DNA of 55,919 bases from Candidatus Tectimicrobiota bacterium (GCA_016192455.1 JACPUC010000026.1:142902-198820); one strand, 5' to 3'. Counted from the stretch's first letter, positions 1 to 10,529 are shown. Notes: generated by a model not told the origin, from the sequence alone. Numbers and translations: made by a program.

Positions 1-1432
1 TCGGGTTCTTGTACCAGTCCTCGCGCTGCGCCGGGTTGCCTTGCAGGCTGAGGCGTTCGCTCATCTTCTCCCCCTTGCGCGGGTCGTAGAGGAAGATGGG
101 GAAGGCGCGGGAGTCGGCGGCCAGCTTGGCCTGGTGCATAGCCATGTCATCGGCCACGCCGTGCTCCGGCTGGCAGGTGGTGTAGCAGTTGATGACGGCG
201 GGCCCTTCATACTCGTTGGCGGCCATGATCGCCCGGTAGAAGTGGTTCGTGTGCGCCGCCGTCGTCTGCGCCACCAGGACGTCGGCGTGCATCATGGCGA
301 TGAGGCCGATCTCCTTGCGGCGCTCGGTCTTCCCCTGCAGCACCTTGCCGTGCATCGACATCTTCGTCTCTTGCCCTAAGAAGGTGCTGGTGGAGGCCTG
401 CCCGCCGGTGTTCGAGTAGACCTGCGTGTCGAGGATGAGGACGTTGATGTTCATGCCGGAAGCCAGCATGCGGGAGAGCGCCTGGAAGCCGATGTCGAGC
501 ATGGCCCCGTCGCCTCCCAGCACCCAGAGCTTCTTGTCGCGCCAGCCCATCTGGTTCCAGCGGGCGCGCACCCCCATGGCATCGGTCGGCGCGTTCTCGA
601 AGAGGGAGTTCGTCCAGCAGACGAGGTAGGGGTTGTACGGGTAGGTCGAGCCGTAGACGGTGTTGCAGCCAGTGGCAGCCACGATGCCCATGCTGTTCTG
701 ACCATGGACGAAACCGGTGGCGGCGAGCATCATGCGCAGCACCGTCGCCTCGCCGCAGCCCATGCAGGAGCCGGCGCCGCCGACGTAGAGGAGCGAGCGC
801 TCCGCCAGCATCATGTCGGCCAACACCTTCTCATTGATGTACTCGGGCGGGGTGGCCGGCAGCGCCTTGAAGAAACTGAAATCGCTCGCGTAGCGCTGCA
901 GCAGGGGTGGCGTCTTGGTGACCATCTTCAGGGCGGCGTGATCGCCGCAGGCTTCGACGCACTCGGCGCAGCCCTTGCATTTCGTCGGGTCGATGAAGAT
1001 GCCGAACATGCCCGGCGCCTTGCCCTCTTTTTGCGCCTTGGCATGGTACTTCGTGGTGACGGCGAACTGCTCCTTCAGGTGTTGCCTGGTCTCCGCATCC
1101 GCCACCGAAGCCAGCCGCTCCTCCAGCACCCCCTCCTCGACAACCTTGCCGAGAATGGCGGTATCGGGGCACTGGGTGACGCAGTCCATGCAGCCGACGC
1201 AGTTCTCCTGGATGAACTCCGGGATCTCCGGGGTAATGTAGCTGAAGTCGCGCATGGCGCCCGTGCCGGCGGGGACGAAGCTGCGAGCCACGCCTGTGTC
1301 GGCCGGCAGCTCTGCCTCGGCCGTGCCATCGTTGTAGGAGCCGATGATGCGCTCGAAGAAGTCGGCCACGTCCACGCTGACAGCCGCCAGCTGCTCATCC
1401 CGCTCGTCTATGTCGTTTGGAAGTGAACTCAC
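1..1432 (-). CDS. 2-oxoacid (pyruvate):ferredoxin oxidoreductase, C-terminal half (2x[4Fe-4S] ferredoxin + TPP-binding domains); partial, runs off the window end
   Basis: Not in the ORF track because no stop lies in the window. Read manually from GTG 1432 (purine-rich RBS upstream): MSSLPNDIDERDEQ...CVGCMDCVTQCP...CKGCAECVEAC...GAGSCMGCGE...ATGCNTVYGS...GGDGAMLDIG...DTQVYSNTGGQAS, which are PFOR/NifJ motifs. Confidence 0.92.
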   Translation of the reverse strand, partial: MSSLPNDIDERDEQLAAVSVDVADFFERIIGSYNDGTAEAELPADTGVARSFVPAGTGAMRDFSYITPEIPEFIQENCVGCMDCVTQCPDTAILGKVVEEGVLEERLASVADAETRQHLKEQFAVTTKYHAKAQKEGKAPGMFGIFIDPTKCKGCAECVEACGDHAALKMVTKTPPLLQRYASDFSFFKALPATPPEYINEKVLADMMLAERSLLYVGGAGSCMGCGEATVLRMMLAATGFVHGQNSMGIVAATGCNTVYGSTYPYNPYLVCWTNSLFENAPTDAMGVRARWNQMGWRDKKLWVLGGDGAMLDIGFQALSRMLASGMNINVLILDTQVYSNTGGQASTSTFLGQETKMSMHGKVLQGKTERRKEIGLIAMMHADVLVAQTTAAHTNHFYRAIMAANEYEGPAVINCYTTCQPEHGVADDMAMHQAKLAADSRAFPIFLYDPRKGEKMSERLSLQGNPAQREDWYKNP

Positions 1433-1505
1433 CTCGCAACCACCTTCCTGTTCAGCCTGATCCTCTCGCAGGCTGCATCGCGCCACCTCTGCTTGCGGCG
1501 CCGCC

Positions 1506-3485
1506 TTACGACACGACGCTGAGGCCGGTTACCGACGAGGCGCCGTGCTCCATCACCTCGGGGGGCACCTCGAACACCTCGTCGTAGCCGCGACGCACGC
1601 AGGTGAGGTTATCCTGGATGACCTGCTCGCCGCGGTTGCCGAAGTACTTGCGGAGCGAGCGCTCCACCCCCTCCATGAGCTGCTCGTCATCGAGACCCAT
1701 GGCGCGCTGGTAGGGGGTGACGCGCAAGAAGACCCCCAACAGGACGATCCCCTGCATACGCTGGATGAGGGAGGCGCTCGTGGCGGTCTCCTTGGCGATC
1801 TTCACCGTATCGAGGCCGAGCACCCGCACCTGCTTCCTGCGAATGAGCGACTGCGCCATGGGCGGAATGTCGGCCCACACCTCCTCGGGGGTGGTGCGCG
1901 ACGTCTGCACAAAGACGACGCCGTGATCGTCCAAACCACTCAGGGGATTGCCGAGGTTGAACGCATTCACATCGTTGAGGACGACGAAATCAACATGCTC
2001 CAGCTCGCAGTGGGTGCGGATCTTCTCCTGGCCGATGGAGAGGTAGTAGGTGGTGGGCAGGCCCTTTTTCTCGGAGCCGTACTTGGGATAGGCCTGCACC
2101 TCGAGTCCGAAGAGGTCCCCCGTCAGCGAGGCGATGATCTTGTTCGTCGTCACCGAGCCGTAGCCGCCCACCGAGTGCCCGCGCATGGAGAAGCTGCCCT
2201 TGGGCCGGATGTCCGGATCGCGGGTGCGCTTCAGGGCCAGCGGATGATCGATCCCCACGGCGAAGTAGGGAGCGCGGCTGCCGTTGCTGATGTGCTCGAA
2301 GATGGCGATGAAGTCGCCCGGTCGCACGTCCCGGCTGCCCAAGCCACCCGAGCCGGCGATGATCCGCGGCAGGCGGGTGATCGCCGGGTAGCCCTCGAGG
2401 CCGGTGAGGGCATCGGCGAAGGCGGCCTTCAGCTCGCACGCGAGGGGATTGGACTGCGCCAGGGGGTTGTCCATGCGCTCCAGCACAGCGATGCTCTGCA
2501 CATGTTTGAGGGCCTCGACGAGGCGCTGCGACGGGAAGGGACGGAAGCAGGTGAGGGAAACCACCCCGACCTTCATCCCTTCCTGGCTGCGCAGGTAGTC
2601 CACCGTCGCCGCCGCCGTCTCCATGTACGATCCCATGCCGATGATGGCGTACTCGGCGTCCTCCAGCCGGTAGGTGTCGAAGAAGTCGTAGCGGCGCCCG
2701 GTCAGGCGGTAGAACTCATCGAAGGCGCGCCGCAGCTTCGGCGCCACCTGATCGTAGAAGTAGCGCTGGGCGATCTTGCCCTTCATGTAGCTGTCCTGGT
2801 TCTGCACCACTCCCGTCATGATCGGGTTGTTGACGTCCATGAGGTTGCGCAGCTTGCCGGCGGGACTGCCAATGTACTCCTGCATCATCTCCGGTTCCGA
2901 CAACTGCACCTTTTCGACGGTATGCGTCGTCAGGAAACCATCCTGGACGTTCAGGAAGGGCGTCTCGGAGTCCTCGGCGGCGCGCCGGGCAATCAACGCC
3001 AGGTCGCCGGTTTCCTGCGCCGTGCGGGCGAAGAGCATGCCCCAGCCGCAGTCAGCCACGGCCATGACATCATCGTGACCGGCGTGCACGTTGAGCGAGT
3101 GCGAGGTGAGCGCGCGGGCGCCGATGTGGAAGACCGCCGGCAGGCGCTTGCCGGAGATGGTGTAGAGCACCTCCTTCATGAGCACCAGCCCTTGACCGGA
3201 GGTGAAGTTCGACACCCGCCCGCCGGCCAGGGCGAACCCCTCGCAGGTGGAGGCGGAACTGTGCTCCGACTCCAGTTCGAGGAACACCAGCGGCTCACCC
3301 CAGAGGTTGGTGCGCCCATTCGAGACTTCAATCTGGTAGCCCTGTCCCATGGTGGTTGAGGAGGTGATCGGATAGGCGCACGCTCCCTGGGTGATATGCG
3401 TCTCCACCCACACGACGGCGCCCGCGCCGTCCGTGGTGGTCGTAATTCCCGGATACGGAACCCGTTTGAGGTTTGCCTGTTCCAT
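1506..3485 (-). CDS. 2-oxoacid (pyruvate):ferredoxin oxidoreductase, N-terminal half (domains I-III)
   Basis: YPITSS, ESEHSSA, FTSGQGL, HAGHDD, QDGFLTTH, HSVGGYGSVTTNK, YGSEKKG motifs of NifJ-type PFOR. Confidence 0.93.
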   Translation of the reverse strand: MEQANLKRVPYPGITTTTDGAGAVVWVETHITQGACAYPITSSTTMGQGYQIEVSNGRTNLWGEPLVFLELESEHSSASTCEGFALAGGRVSNFTSGQGLVLMKEVLYTISGKRLPAVFHIGARALTSHSLNVHAGHDDVMAVADCGWGMLFARTAQETGDLALIARRAAEDSETPFLNVQDGFLTTHTVEKVQLSEPEMMQEYIGSPAGKLRNLMDVNNPIMTGVVQNQDSYMKGKIAQRYFYDQVAPKLRRAFDEFYRLTGRRYDFFDTYRLEDAEYAIIGMGSYMETAAATVDYLRSQEGMKVGVVSLTCFRPFPSQRLVEALKHVQSIAVLERMDNPLAQSNPLACELKAAFADALTGLEGYPAITRLPRIIAGSGGLGSRDVRPGDFIAIFEHISNGSRAPYFAVGIDHPLALKRTRDPDIRPKGSFSMRGHSVGGYGSVTTNKIIASLTGDLFGLEVQAYPKYGSEKKGLPTTYYLSIGQEKIRTHCELEHVDFVVLNDVNAFNLGNPLSGLDDHGVVFVQTSRTTPEEVWADIPPMAQSLIRRKQVRVLGLDTVKIAKETATSASLIQRMQGIVLLGVFLRVTPYQRAMGLDDEQLMEGVERSLRKYFGNRGEQVIQDNLTCVRRGYDEVFEVPPEVMEHGASSVTGLSVVS

Positions 3486-3801
3486 GTGCGGTGCAGCCTC
3501 TCAGTGCAAGCCTTTCGTCCTACCCCGGCAGCGGCGATCGCCTCTCTGCCCAACTCTCCGCAGGCGACTGCCTTGCCACGCCTCCTCTCAGTAGAACGCC
3601 AAAGCCCTCCGCTTCATTTCCCCGCGCCAGACGCTATCTCCGCCCTGAGGCTGACGCCTCGAAGCCGGGCTGCGCAGGGAGCGCCCTCGCCGCTTCCCGC
3701 CCGGCGGCTCTTCCTCGCCAACCCTCCCCCGGCATCCCAGCGCGGCGGCGCGCCCTCGTCGGCGGAAAACATCTCAAGTCTGGACTATTCCAACCCCATA
3801 A

Positions 3802-3830
3802 AAGTTAGGTTAGCCCGCATTGCTTGTCAA
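3802..3830 (-). promoter_or_regulatory. sigma-70-type promoter for the PFOR operon
   Basis: Minus strand TTGACA (3830-3825) - 17 nt - TAACTT (3807-3802). Confidence 0.6.
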
Positions 3831-4190
3831 TGACAGGTAATTTGCCGCCCGGATGACGCTCGCCTGCCGCCTCCTGCGGCCTGCCAGCCCCTCATCGCGC
3901 CGTCTCACCGCCAAGACGCTCCAAGGCCGATCCGTGCGGTTTCCTTGACCCCTGGCGCGGCGCGTGGAGCAGTTCTTCGCCGGCCCCCTCGGTCCTCATC
4001 GACATACAGGGTTATACTATCTCCAGGAGGCCGCGCCGGCTATCCTGCGAAGAGCGGCAAGAACGGCAAGACCTCATTCCAGAGCGCGGCCAAAGCGGCA
4101 TGCCCTGATGCAATCCGCGCGGCAGGCCACCTTTCGCGGCAGCGGCGGGCACTCTCAGCAGTACTCTCTCTTCGAGCAGAGAAGGCGCTC

Positions 4191-5015
4191 ATGATAGAAG
4201 CCAGGTGGCTTGGCAGGCGGGAGATCGGCGAGGTGCTGGCGCTCCAGGAGGCGGCCGCCGCGGCTCTCGCGCGGGCCAGGAGCCACGGGGCGGGCCTGGA
4301 CCCGGCTGACCCCGCGGGCGCCGGCCCCGGCGTGACCACGCAAGGGATGCTTCTCGTCGCCGAGCACCCCAGCGTCTATACCCTGAACGGCCGCCGCCAG
4401 CGCATCTCCGATGCCGACTGCCTGGCCGACCCCGAGCTGTTCTGGCGGCGCGTCGAGGCGGAGGGTATCCCCATCGTGCCGTGCGACCGTGGCGGCAAGC
4501 TCACCTACCACGGCCCCGGCCAGCTCGTCGTCTACTGCGTGCTGGACCTGGCTGAGGCGTTCCCGCAACGCGCCATGGGGCTGGAGACGCTCGCCGAAGA
4601 GATCCTGGCGCGCAGCCTGCGCGACTGTGGCATCACCGCCCTGCCGCACTGCGACGAGCCGTGGTGCAAGCGCAAGCACGGCCCCGCCCGCGGCGCCTGG
4701 GTAGACTGGCGGGGGGAGCGCAGGAAGCTCGCCTCCTGCGGCTTCCGCATCAGCAACCGCGTGTCGAAGTTCGGCTTCGCGCTGAACGTCTCGACCGACC
4801 TCGCCTACTTCGCGCCGATCTACCCCTGCGGCCTGCGCGGCATCCGCCTGGTAACGATGGAAATGGTCCTGGGAAGGATTCTGCCACTCCAGGAGGTGGC
4901 GCGCAGCCTCGTCCAGCACGCCGGGGCGGTGCTGGGAGCATCAATCCGCCTTCTTGGAAAGGAGAACGCCTCAGCTTGCGGTACGAATGTGCGGAGCGAG
5001 GATCAACGGTTGTGA
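4191..5015 (+). CDS. lipB: lipoyl(octanoyl) transferase LipB
   Basis: EHPSVYT, DRGGKLTYHGPGQLVVY, RKLASCG, GFALNV, IYPCGL (catalytic Lys/Cys). ATG 4191 preferred over the upstream ORF start. Confidence 0.88.
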   Translation: MIEARWLGRREIGEVLALQEAAAAALARARSHGAGLDPADPAGAGPGVTTQGMLLVAEHPSVYTLNGRRQRISDADCLADPELFWRRVEAEGIPIVPCDRGGKLTYHGPGQLVVYCVLDLAEAFPQRAMGLETLAEEILARSLRDCGITALPHCDEPWCKRKHGPARGAWVDWRGERRKLASCGFRISNRVSKFGFALNVSTDLAYFAPIYPCGLRGIRLVTMEMVLGRILPLQEVARSLVQHAGAVLGASIRLLGKENASACGTNVRSEDQRL

Positions 5016-5317
5016 GGAGGTTCTACCGAGGGACCACTCCTCCCCCGCGTCTCCGGCCCTGTTCTGGGGGGCGGCAGGCAGGCGCATCCTTGTCGCGCCA
5101 ACTGCAAGGCGGCTCGCCTGGTTGCGAGGCCTGAACCCGGAAGCGCGAACGGGTTTTGCCCTGGGAGAGGGAAGGAGAGACCTGTCTGCGTGCAGCGCGC
5201 AGGTGAGATGGGCGCGGGGAGCATGAGCTCCCCGCAGGCGTGGGAAAGAACGACACCTCTCTGAGGTGGTTCACCATCGCGGCAACCGCCGCCCGTCCGA
5301 GGCGCGACCTGGCGGCG

Positions 5318-5800
5318 CTACGCCGCCTGCGCCGCGCCTTGCAGCTTCTTCGCCGCGGCCAGGATCGACAGCACGATGTGGTGGTAGCCGGTGCAGCGGC
5401 AGAGGTTGCCGGAGATGGCGAGGCGCACCTCCTGCTCGGTCGGGTTCTTGTTCTCCCGTAGCAGCTCCTCGGCGCAAATGAGCATGCCGGGGGTGCAGAA
5501 GCCGCACTGCAGGCCGTGGTTTTCCCAGAAGGCCTCCTGCAGGGGGGAGAGCTTGCCGTCCTTGGCGAGGGACTCCACCGTCTCGATGGAGGTGCCGTCG
5601 GCCTGCACCGCGAAGGTCAGGCAGGAGCGCACGCCCACCCCATCGATGAAAACGGTGCAGGCGCCGCACATGCCATGCTCGCAGCCGACGTGCGTGCCGG
5701 TGAGGCCGATGTCCTCGCGGATGAAATCGCTCAGGAGCTTGCGCGCCTCCGCCTGGCCCTCGAACTTCTTGCCGTTGATTGTCAGGCTGATCGAATGCAT
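5318..5800 (-). CDS. xanthine dehydrogenase family 2Fe-2S small subunit (CoxS/HmfC-like)
   Basis: GCEHGMCGACTV, QCGFCTPG, GNLCRCTGY. Confidence 0.93.
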   Translation of the reverse strand: MHSISLTINGKKFEGQAEARKLLSDFIREDIGLTGTHVGCEHGMCGACTVFIDGVGVRSCLTFAVQADGTSIETVESLAKDGKLSPLQEAFWENHGLQCGFCTPGMLICAEELLRENKNPTEQEVRLAISGNLCRCTGYHHIVLSILAAAKKLQGAAQAA

Positions 5801-5807
5801 CGACACG

Positions 5808-6683
5808 TTACTTCCCTCCCTGCACCCGGCTGAGGGCTTTCTTAAGGGCACGCTCGGTGAAGACCTTCGACATGGCCCGGCGATACTCCGTGGAAGCGTG
5901 CATATCCCCTTCCGGCTCCACCTCTTCGCTGATCTTCTGGCCGGCCTCGCTGATGAGCTTGTCGGTGAGCTTCTGCCCCTTCAGCATCGCCTCGGCGTCG
6001 GGGGAGCGGTGCGGGAAGGGTCCCACGCCGATCAGCGCCAGGCGGGCCTCCTGGCACGTTCCCTTGCCGTTCATGGTCACCTGGGCGGCGCAGCCGACGA
6101 GGGCGAAATCGCCGTGGCGGCGCGCCAGCTCCACGAAGGCATACCCCGACCCCGGCTTGGGGAGCGGAAAGCGCAGCTCGGTGAGGACCTCGAAGGGCTG
6201 CAGGGAGGTCGTCAGGTAAGTGACGAAAAACTCATCCCAGGTGGTGGTGCGGCTGCCATCCGGCCCCTGGATGGTCAGCTCGGCGTCGCTCAGCACGACG
6301 AGCGCCGGGTACTCCGAGGCGGGGTCGGCGTGGGCGACGCTGCCGCCGATGGTGCCGCGATTGCGAATCTGCACGTGGCCGATCCACTCCGTGGCTTCCG
6401 TCAGCAGCGGGAATTTCTGCCGCACGAGAGCGGAGCGCTCGATGGTGCGCTCGCGCGTCAGGGCGCCGATCGCCAGCTTGCCGTCCTTTTCCCGGATGTA
6501 GTCGAGCTCGCTCACCTTGTTGATGTCGATGAGGTGGGACGGACGGGTGAGGCGGAAATTCAGCATCGGCACGAGACTCTGCCCGCCGGCCAGGATCTTG
6601 GCATCCTCTCCCGCCTCCTGGAGCAGGCTCACAGCCTCTTCCACCGTGCGCGCGGCGCGGTACTCGAACTTTGGCGGTTTCAT
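5808..6683 (-). CDS. xanthine dehydrogenase family FAD-binding medium subunit (CoxM/HmfB-like)
   Basis: MKPPKFEY, LAGGQSLVPMLNFR, IRNRGTIGGS, ARRHGDFA. Confidence 0.93.
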   Translation of the reverse strand: MKPPKFEYRAARTVEEAVSLLQEAGEDAKILAGGQSLVPMLNFRLTRPSHLIDINKVSELDYIREKDGKLAIGALTRERTIERSALVRQKFPLLTEATEWIGHVQIRNRGTIGGSVAHADPASEYPALVVLSDAELTIQGPDGSRTTTWDEFFVTYLTTSLQPFEVLTELRFPLPKPGSGYAFVELARRHGDFALVGCAAQVTMNGKGTCQEARLALIGVGPFPHRSPDAEAMLKGQKLTDKLISEAGQKISEEVEPEGDMHASTEYRRAMSKVFTERALKKALSRVQGGK

Positions 6684-6702
6684 GTCGCGCTCCTCTCTCA
6701 GC

Positions 6703-7137
6703 TCATTGAATCTTCTTTTCCATCGCCTTAAAGAACTGGTTGACCATGAGCTTGGTCACGCCGCCCAGCATGCGTTGGCCGATGCTGGCGACCAGGCCGC
6801 CGATCTGGGCCTCGCCGCTGTACAGGATATCCGTCTTGTCGCCCTTGTCCTCCAAGCTGATCGTGGCCTCCCCTTTCACGAAACCTGGAGCGCCGCTGCC
6901 CTCAACCTCCATGCGATAGCTGCTGATGGGGTGCTTTTCCAGGATGCGGACCTTCCCGTCGTAGGTCCCCTTCACCGACGCCACGCCGATCTTCAGGCGC
7001 GCCTCGAACTGATCGGGGGCCACCTCCTCCAGCCGTTCACATCCCGGCAGACAGGAGGCCAACACCTTCTGGTCGAGGAGCACGTCCCAGACCTTCTGGC
7101 GCGCGGCTTTGAACGTGTACTTGCCCTCCAGCTTCAT
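6703..7137 (-). CDS. CoxG/SRPBCC family accessory protein
   Basis: MKLEGKY...VWDVLLD...CLPGCE...GGLVASIGQRM pattern, located between the large and medium subunit genes. Confidence 0.85.
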   Translation of the reverse strand: MKLEGKYTFKAARQKVWDVLLDQKVLASCLPGCERLEEVAPDQFEARLKIGVASVKGTYDGKVRILEKHPISSYRMEVEGSGAPGFVKGEATISLEDKGDKTDILYSGEAQIGGLVASIGQRMLGGVTKLMVNQFFKAMEKKIQ

Positions 7138-7261
7138 ATTCGCCTCCGACTTGTCCTCGCCAGCGCATCCGTGGCATCGAGTTCTGCGCGGCGTCCTCGT
7201 CTCGTCTCTGGTGCGTGGGAAGCTCGTTTCCCTGTACGGTCGACGGCGGACGGCGCCCGCA

Positions 7262-9712
7262 TCAGGCAACCCCCTTCGCCTTCTGCTCCTGCAACAGCTT
7301 CCAGACCTTGTTCGGCGTCATCGGCAGCTCCCGCACCGCGATGTTGAGCGGCCGCAGCGCGTCGGCGATGGCGTTGGCAACGACCGCCGGCGCCGTCATC
7401 GTGCTGCTCTCTCCGCAGCCTTTCGAGCCGAGCACCGTAAACGGCGAGGGCGACACCACGTGACCGATCTCGATGGGGGGAGCCTCCATCGCCGTGGGAC
7501 AGAGGTAGTCCATGAAGCTGGCGGCAAGGAACTGGCCGGACTCATCGTACGCCATTTCCTCGTAGAGCGCCCCCGCCACGCCGTGCAGGGCGCCGCCCAT
7601 CACCTGCCCCTCGACGATCATGGGGTTGATAAGGGTGCCGACGTCGTGCACGGTGACGTACTTGTCGATGCGCACCTCGCCGGTGGCCGGATCGATTTCC
7701 ACCCCCATGACTTCGGCGATGAAGCCGTAGGTCTGCGAGGAGTCGACGCGATCCTTCTCATCGGGTGGTTTGGCGTTGGGGAAGTTGAACATGCAGGTGG
7801 CCTGGAGACCCGGCTCCAGCCCCTCCGGCAGCAGCGTCGCCGACCAGTGGGCCTGGCCGGCAATGCGCCGGATCGGCACGGAGCGTTCCGGCGACCCTTT
7901 CACAAAGACCTTGCTGTCCCGCACGTCCAGGTCCTGTGGATTCACCTCCAGCATGGGGGCGGCGATCTTCAGGACCTTCTCCTTCACCCGGCGCGCCGCC
8001 GTGGCCACGGCGCTCGCGCCCACCGAGGCGAAGCGGCTCGAGTAGGAGCCGGAGGTGATGCTCCAGGTGCGCGTGAAGGTGTCGAACTCGGTGATGACGT
8101 GCACGTCGCCGATCGCCATCCCCAGCTCATCGGCGACGATCTGCGACACGGCGGTCTCATGCCCCTGTCCTTCCGGCGTGGTGTTCACCATGCAGAACGC
8201 TTTACCGGAAGGATCGATACGCACCGAGCCGGTTTCCGAGGAGCCGGCCTTTGGGAGGTAGCCTTTGCGCGCGCGCTCTTCCGGCGTCCAGGCGACGGTG
8301 ATGTACGCCATGTTCGTCACCGAGGGGTCCACCGCGGTCGCCACGCCGATGCCGTAGAGCTTGCCGCTGGCGCGCGCCGCGGTCTGGCGCTTGCGCAGCT
8401 CGTCGTACTTCGCCATGTCGAGGGCGAGCCGCACCGACTTGGAGTAGTCGCCGCTGTCGTAGATGCCACCGGAGGGGGTGGTGTACGGAAAGGCGCCGGC
8501 GGGAATGAGGTTCTTCAGGCGCACCTCGGCGACATCCATCCCCAGGTCGTAGGCGACCTGATCGACGAGGCGCTCCAGGCCGAAGTAGAGCTGCTGGCAG
8601 CCGTAGCCGCGGTTCGGGCCGGTCAGTGACTTGTTCGTCATGACGGCGTACTGGTCCATCTTCAGGTTCTGGAAGAGGTAGGCGCCGCTGTAGTTGCCCG
8701 TGGCGCGGTAGAGGCAGGCGGGCTCCGGGGTGCGGATGTAGCCGCCGCAGTTGTCGTAAATCTTCATGCGCACGCCGAGGATGGTGCCGTCCTTCTTCAC
8801 TGCCGCTTCCAGGTAGGAGACGCGGTCGGTGCCGCTGGAGCTGGCGACGAGGTGCTCGCGCCGATCTTCGATCCACTTCACCGGCAGGCCGGTGACGCGG
8901 GCGCAGATCGCCATCAGGGTCATGTAGGGGTAGACGCTCGACTTGATGCCGAAGCCGCCGCCGATGTCGGGCGGCACGATGAAACGCAGGCGGTCCTCCG
9001 TCACCCCCAGGGCCCTGCACATCACCGGGTGCATGATGAAGGGACCGTGGAAGTTGGACCAGATGGTGTAGGCCTGGTTCAAGGGGTCCCACTGCGCCGC
9101 CGCGGCATAGCCTTCCACCGGCGTGGAGCCGTACTTCGGGAAGACGAGGCGCCCCGTCTTCACGATCAGGTCCGCCTCCGCCCAGGCTTTGTCGGTATCG
9201 CCGTAGTGCAGGACGCGGTGGTTGGCGACGTTGCTGCCGACGTTCTCATGCAGGATGGGGGCGGTGGGGTCCTCGACCGCCTTCTCGGGATCGAGGACGC
9301 AGGGGAGGGGTTCGTAGTCCACCTCGATGAGATCGCAGGCGTCCTCGGCCGTGTAGCGGTCCTTCGCCACCACCACCGCCACCGGCTCGCCGACAAAGAG
9401 CACCTTGCCTACGGCGCAACTGTAGTAGCGCACCGGCGCCGCGACGCCGAGGGGAAAGGCTTCCGAGAGCTCCGCAACCTGCTTGCCGCGCACCACCCCC
9501 ACCACGCCCGGCAGGGCTTCGGCCTTGCTTGCGTCGATGCCGCGGATGCGGGCGTGGGCATGCGGGCTGCGCAGGATCGCCGCCTGGTGCAGATTCGCCA
9601 GGTGCAGGTCGTCCACGTAGGTGCCGCGGCCCGTCAGGAGACGGGGGTCTTCCACCCGCTTCACACTCCGTCCCACCCATCTCTGCGCCGTCTCCGTTGT
9701 GGTTGCTGCCAT
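7262..9712 (-). CDS. xanthine dehydrogenase family molybdopterin-binding large subunit (2-furoyl-CoA dehydrogenase HmfA-like)
   Basis: RVEDPRLLTG, RSPHAHA, DIGGGFGIK, GPNRGYG, QGHET, SGSYSSRF, KGCGES. The active-site loop is not the CoxL AYxCSFR/AYxGAGR type. The HmfA likeness is recalled from motif pattern only. Confidence 0.88.
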   Translation of the reverse strand: MAATTTETAQRWVGRSVKRVEDPRLLTGRGTYVDDLHLANLHQAAILRSPHAHARIRGIDASKAEALPGVVGVVRGKQVAELSEAFPLGVAAPVRYYSCAVGKVLFVGEPVAVVVAKDRYTAEDACDLIEVDYEPLPCVLDPEKAVEDPTAPILHENVGSNVANHRVLHYGDTDKAWAEADLIVKTGRLVFPKYGSTPVEGYAAAAQWDPLNQAYTIWSNFHGPFIMHPVMCRALGVTEDRLRFIVPPDIGGGFGIKSSVYPYMTLMAICARVTGLPVKWIEDRREHLVASSSGTDRVSYLEAAVKKDGTILGVRMKIYDNCGGYIRTPEPACLYRATGNYSGAYLFQNLKMDQYAVMTNKSLTGPNRGYGCQQLYFGLERLVDQVAYDLGMDVAEVRLKNLIPAGAFPYTTPSGGIYDSGDYSKSVRLALDMAKYDELRKRQTAARASGKLYGIGVATAVDPSVTNMAYITVAWTPEERARKGYLPKAGSSETGSVRIDPSGKAFCMVNTTPEGQGHETAVSQIVADELGMAIGDVHVITEFDTFTRTWSITSGSYSSRFASVGASAVATAARRVKEKVLKIAAPMLEVNPQDLDVRDSKVFVKGSPERSVPIRRIAGQAHWSATLLPEGLEPGLQATCMFNFPNAKPPDEKDRVDSSQTYGFIAEVMGVEIDPATGEVRIDKYVTVHDVGTLINPMIVEGQVMGGALHGVAGALYEEMAYDESGQFLAASFMDYLCPTAMEAPPIEIGHVVSPSPFTVLGSKGCGESSTMTAPAVVANAIADALRPLNIAVRELPMTPNKVWKLLQEQKAKGVA

Positions 9713-10500
9713 CGTCAACGCTTCCTTCCAACCAAGGATTGGGCGCGGCACGCTGTCGCGCGTGTCGTCTCGGTCGCCCTTCATCTGCAACAGCGGGGTC
9801 GGCGCCGCCGCGCGGTGACCCACTCTCTCCGCTCTACCCCTCCTGCATCAGAGCTGTCCTGCACCTACGGCGCCTACGGTCGCGCCGCTCTTCAGCGGCC
9901 TAGGCTCCGCCAGCGCGCCCACCCCCGAGCACCCGCCCGGACCATGAACCCCATCACCCCGTCCACTGGCCACCGACACGCACCGGCCCGACCTTCCCAG
10001 AACCGGCGAGACAGTCCTTCAGCCTGCTGCCGCGCGCATTCCATGGCGGGAATGGAACGGAGGATGTTCTCGAATCTTCCCGACTATAGAGAAGTGGGCC
10101 GCGGATGACAAGTGCTATCGGCGACGCCGTCACCATTTCGCCTCGCGGCGCCTCACCGGCGCCGGCGCCGGAGGAGACCGCCGCACCTTCAGGGCTCCTC
10201 GGATCTTAATGAGACCTGGCCGGAAAGTCAAGTACTGGATAGTCCTCTACTTGAATAGTTCCCCCATGCCACGTTCTGGAATTGGGAGTCGCAAGCAGAC
10301 ATCCCAGCGCCGGCTTCCTCTCCACCGGGTGGTCGGGCCCCATCCTGCCACCAAGGCGCCTGAGCATCACCCCGCACCCCTTCGCCGCCCCTTGCCGCCT
10401 CGCTCGGTCCCCGGTCGCCCACACCTGCCTCCTTCCTTCCTTTCCCCTCCTGTTTCCCCTTCTTGCCACAGTACTGAAGAAATCCTTTGAAGCTGACACC

Positions 10501-10529
10501 TTGACACATTCTGGAGCCCTTCGTAGGAT
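10501..10529 (+). promoter_or_regulatory. sigma-70-type promoter for the CoA ligase / Fe-S pair operon
   Basis: TTGACA (10501-10506) - 17 nt - TAGGAT (10524-10529). Confidence 0.6.

Noticed and set aside
1545-3359. Long antisense ORFs (e.g. 1545..3359, 7109..8629, 10228..12159, 32909..34564, 50871..52664)
   Set aside because: Shadow frames opposite well-supported genes, as expected from high GC3 codon bias. No recognisable motifs.
5318-9712. Aerobic CO dehydrogenase (coxLMS+G)
   Set aside because: The large-subunit loop is GPNRGYG, not AYxCSFR (form I) or AYxGAGR (form II).
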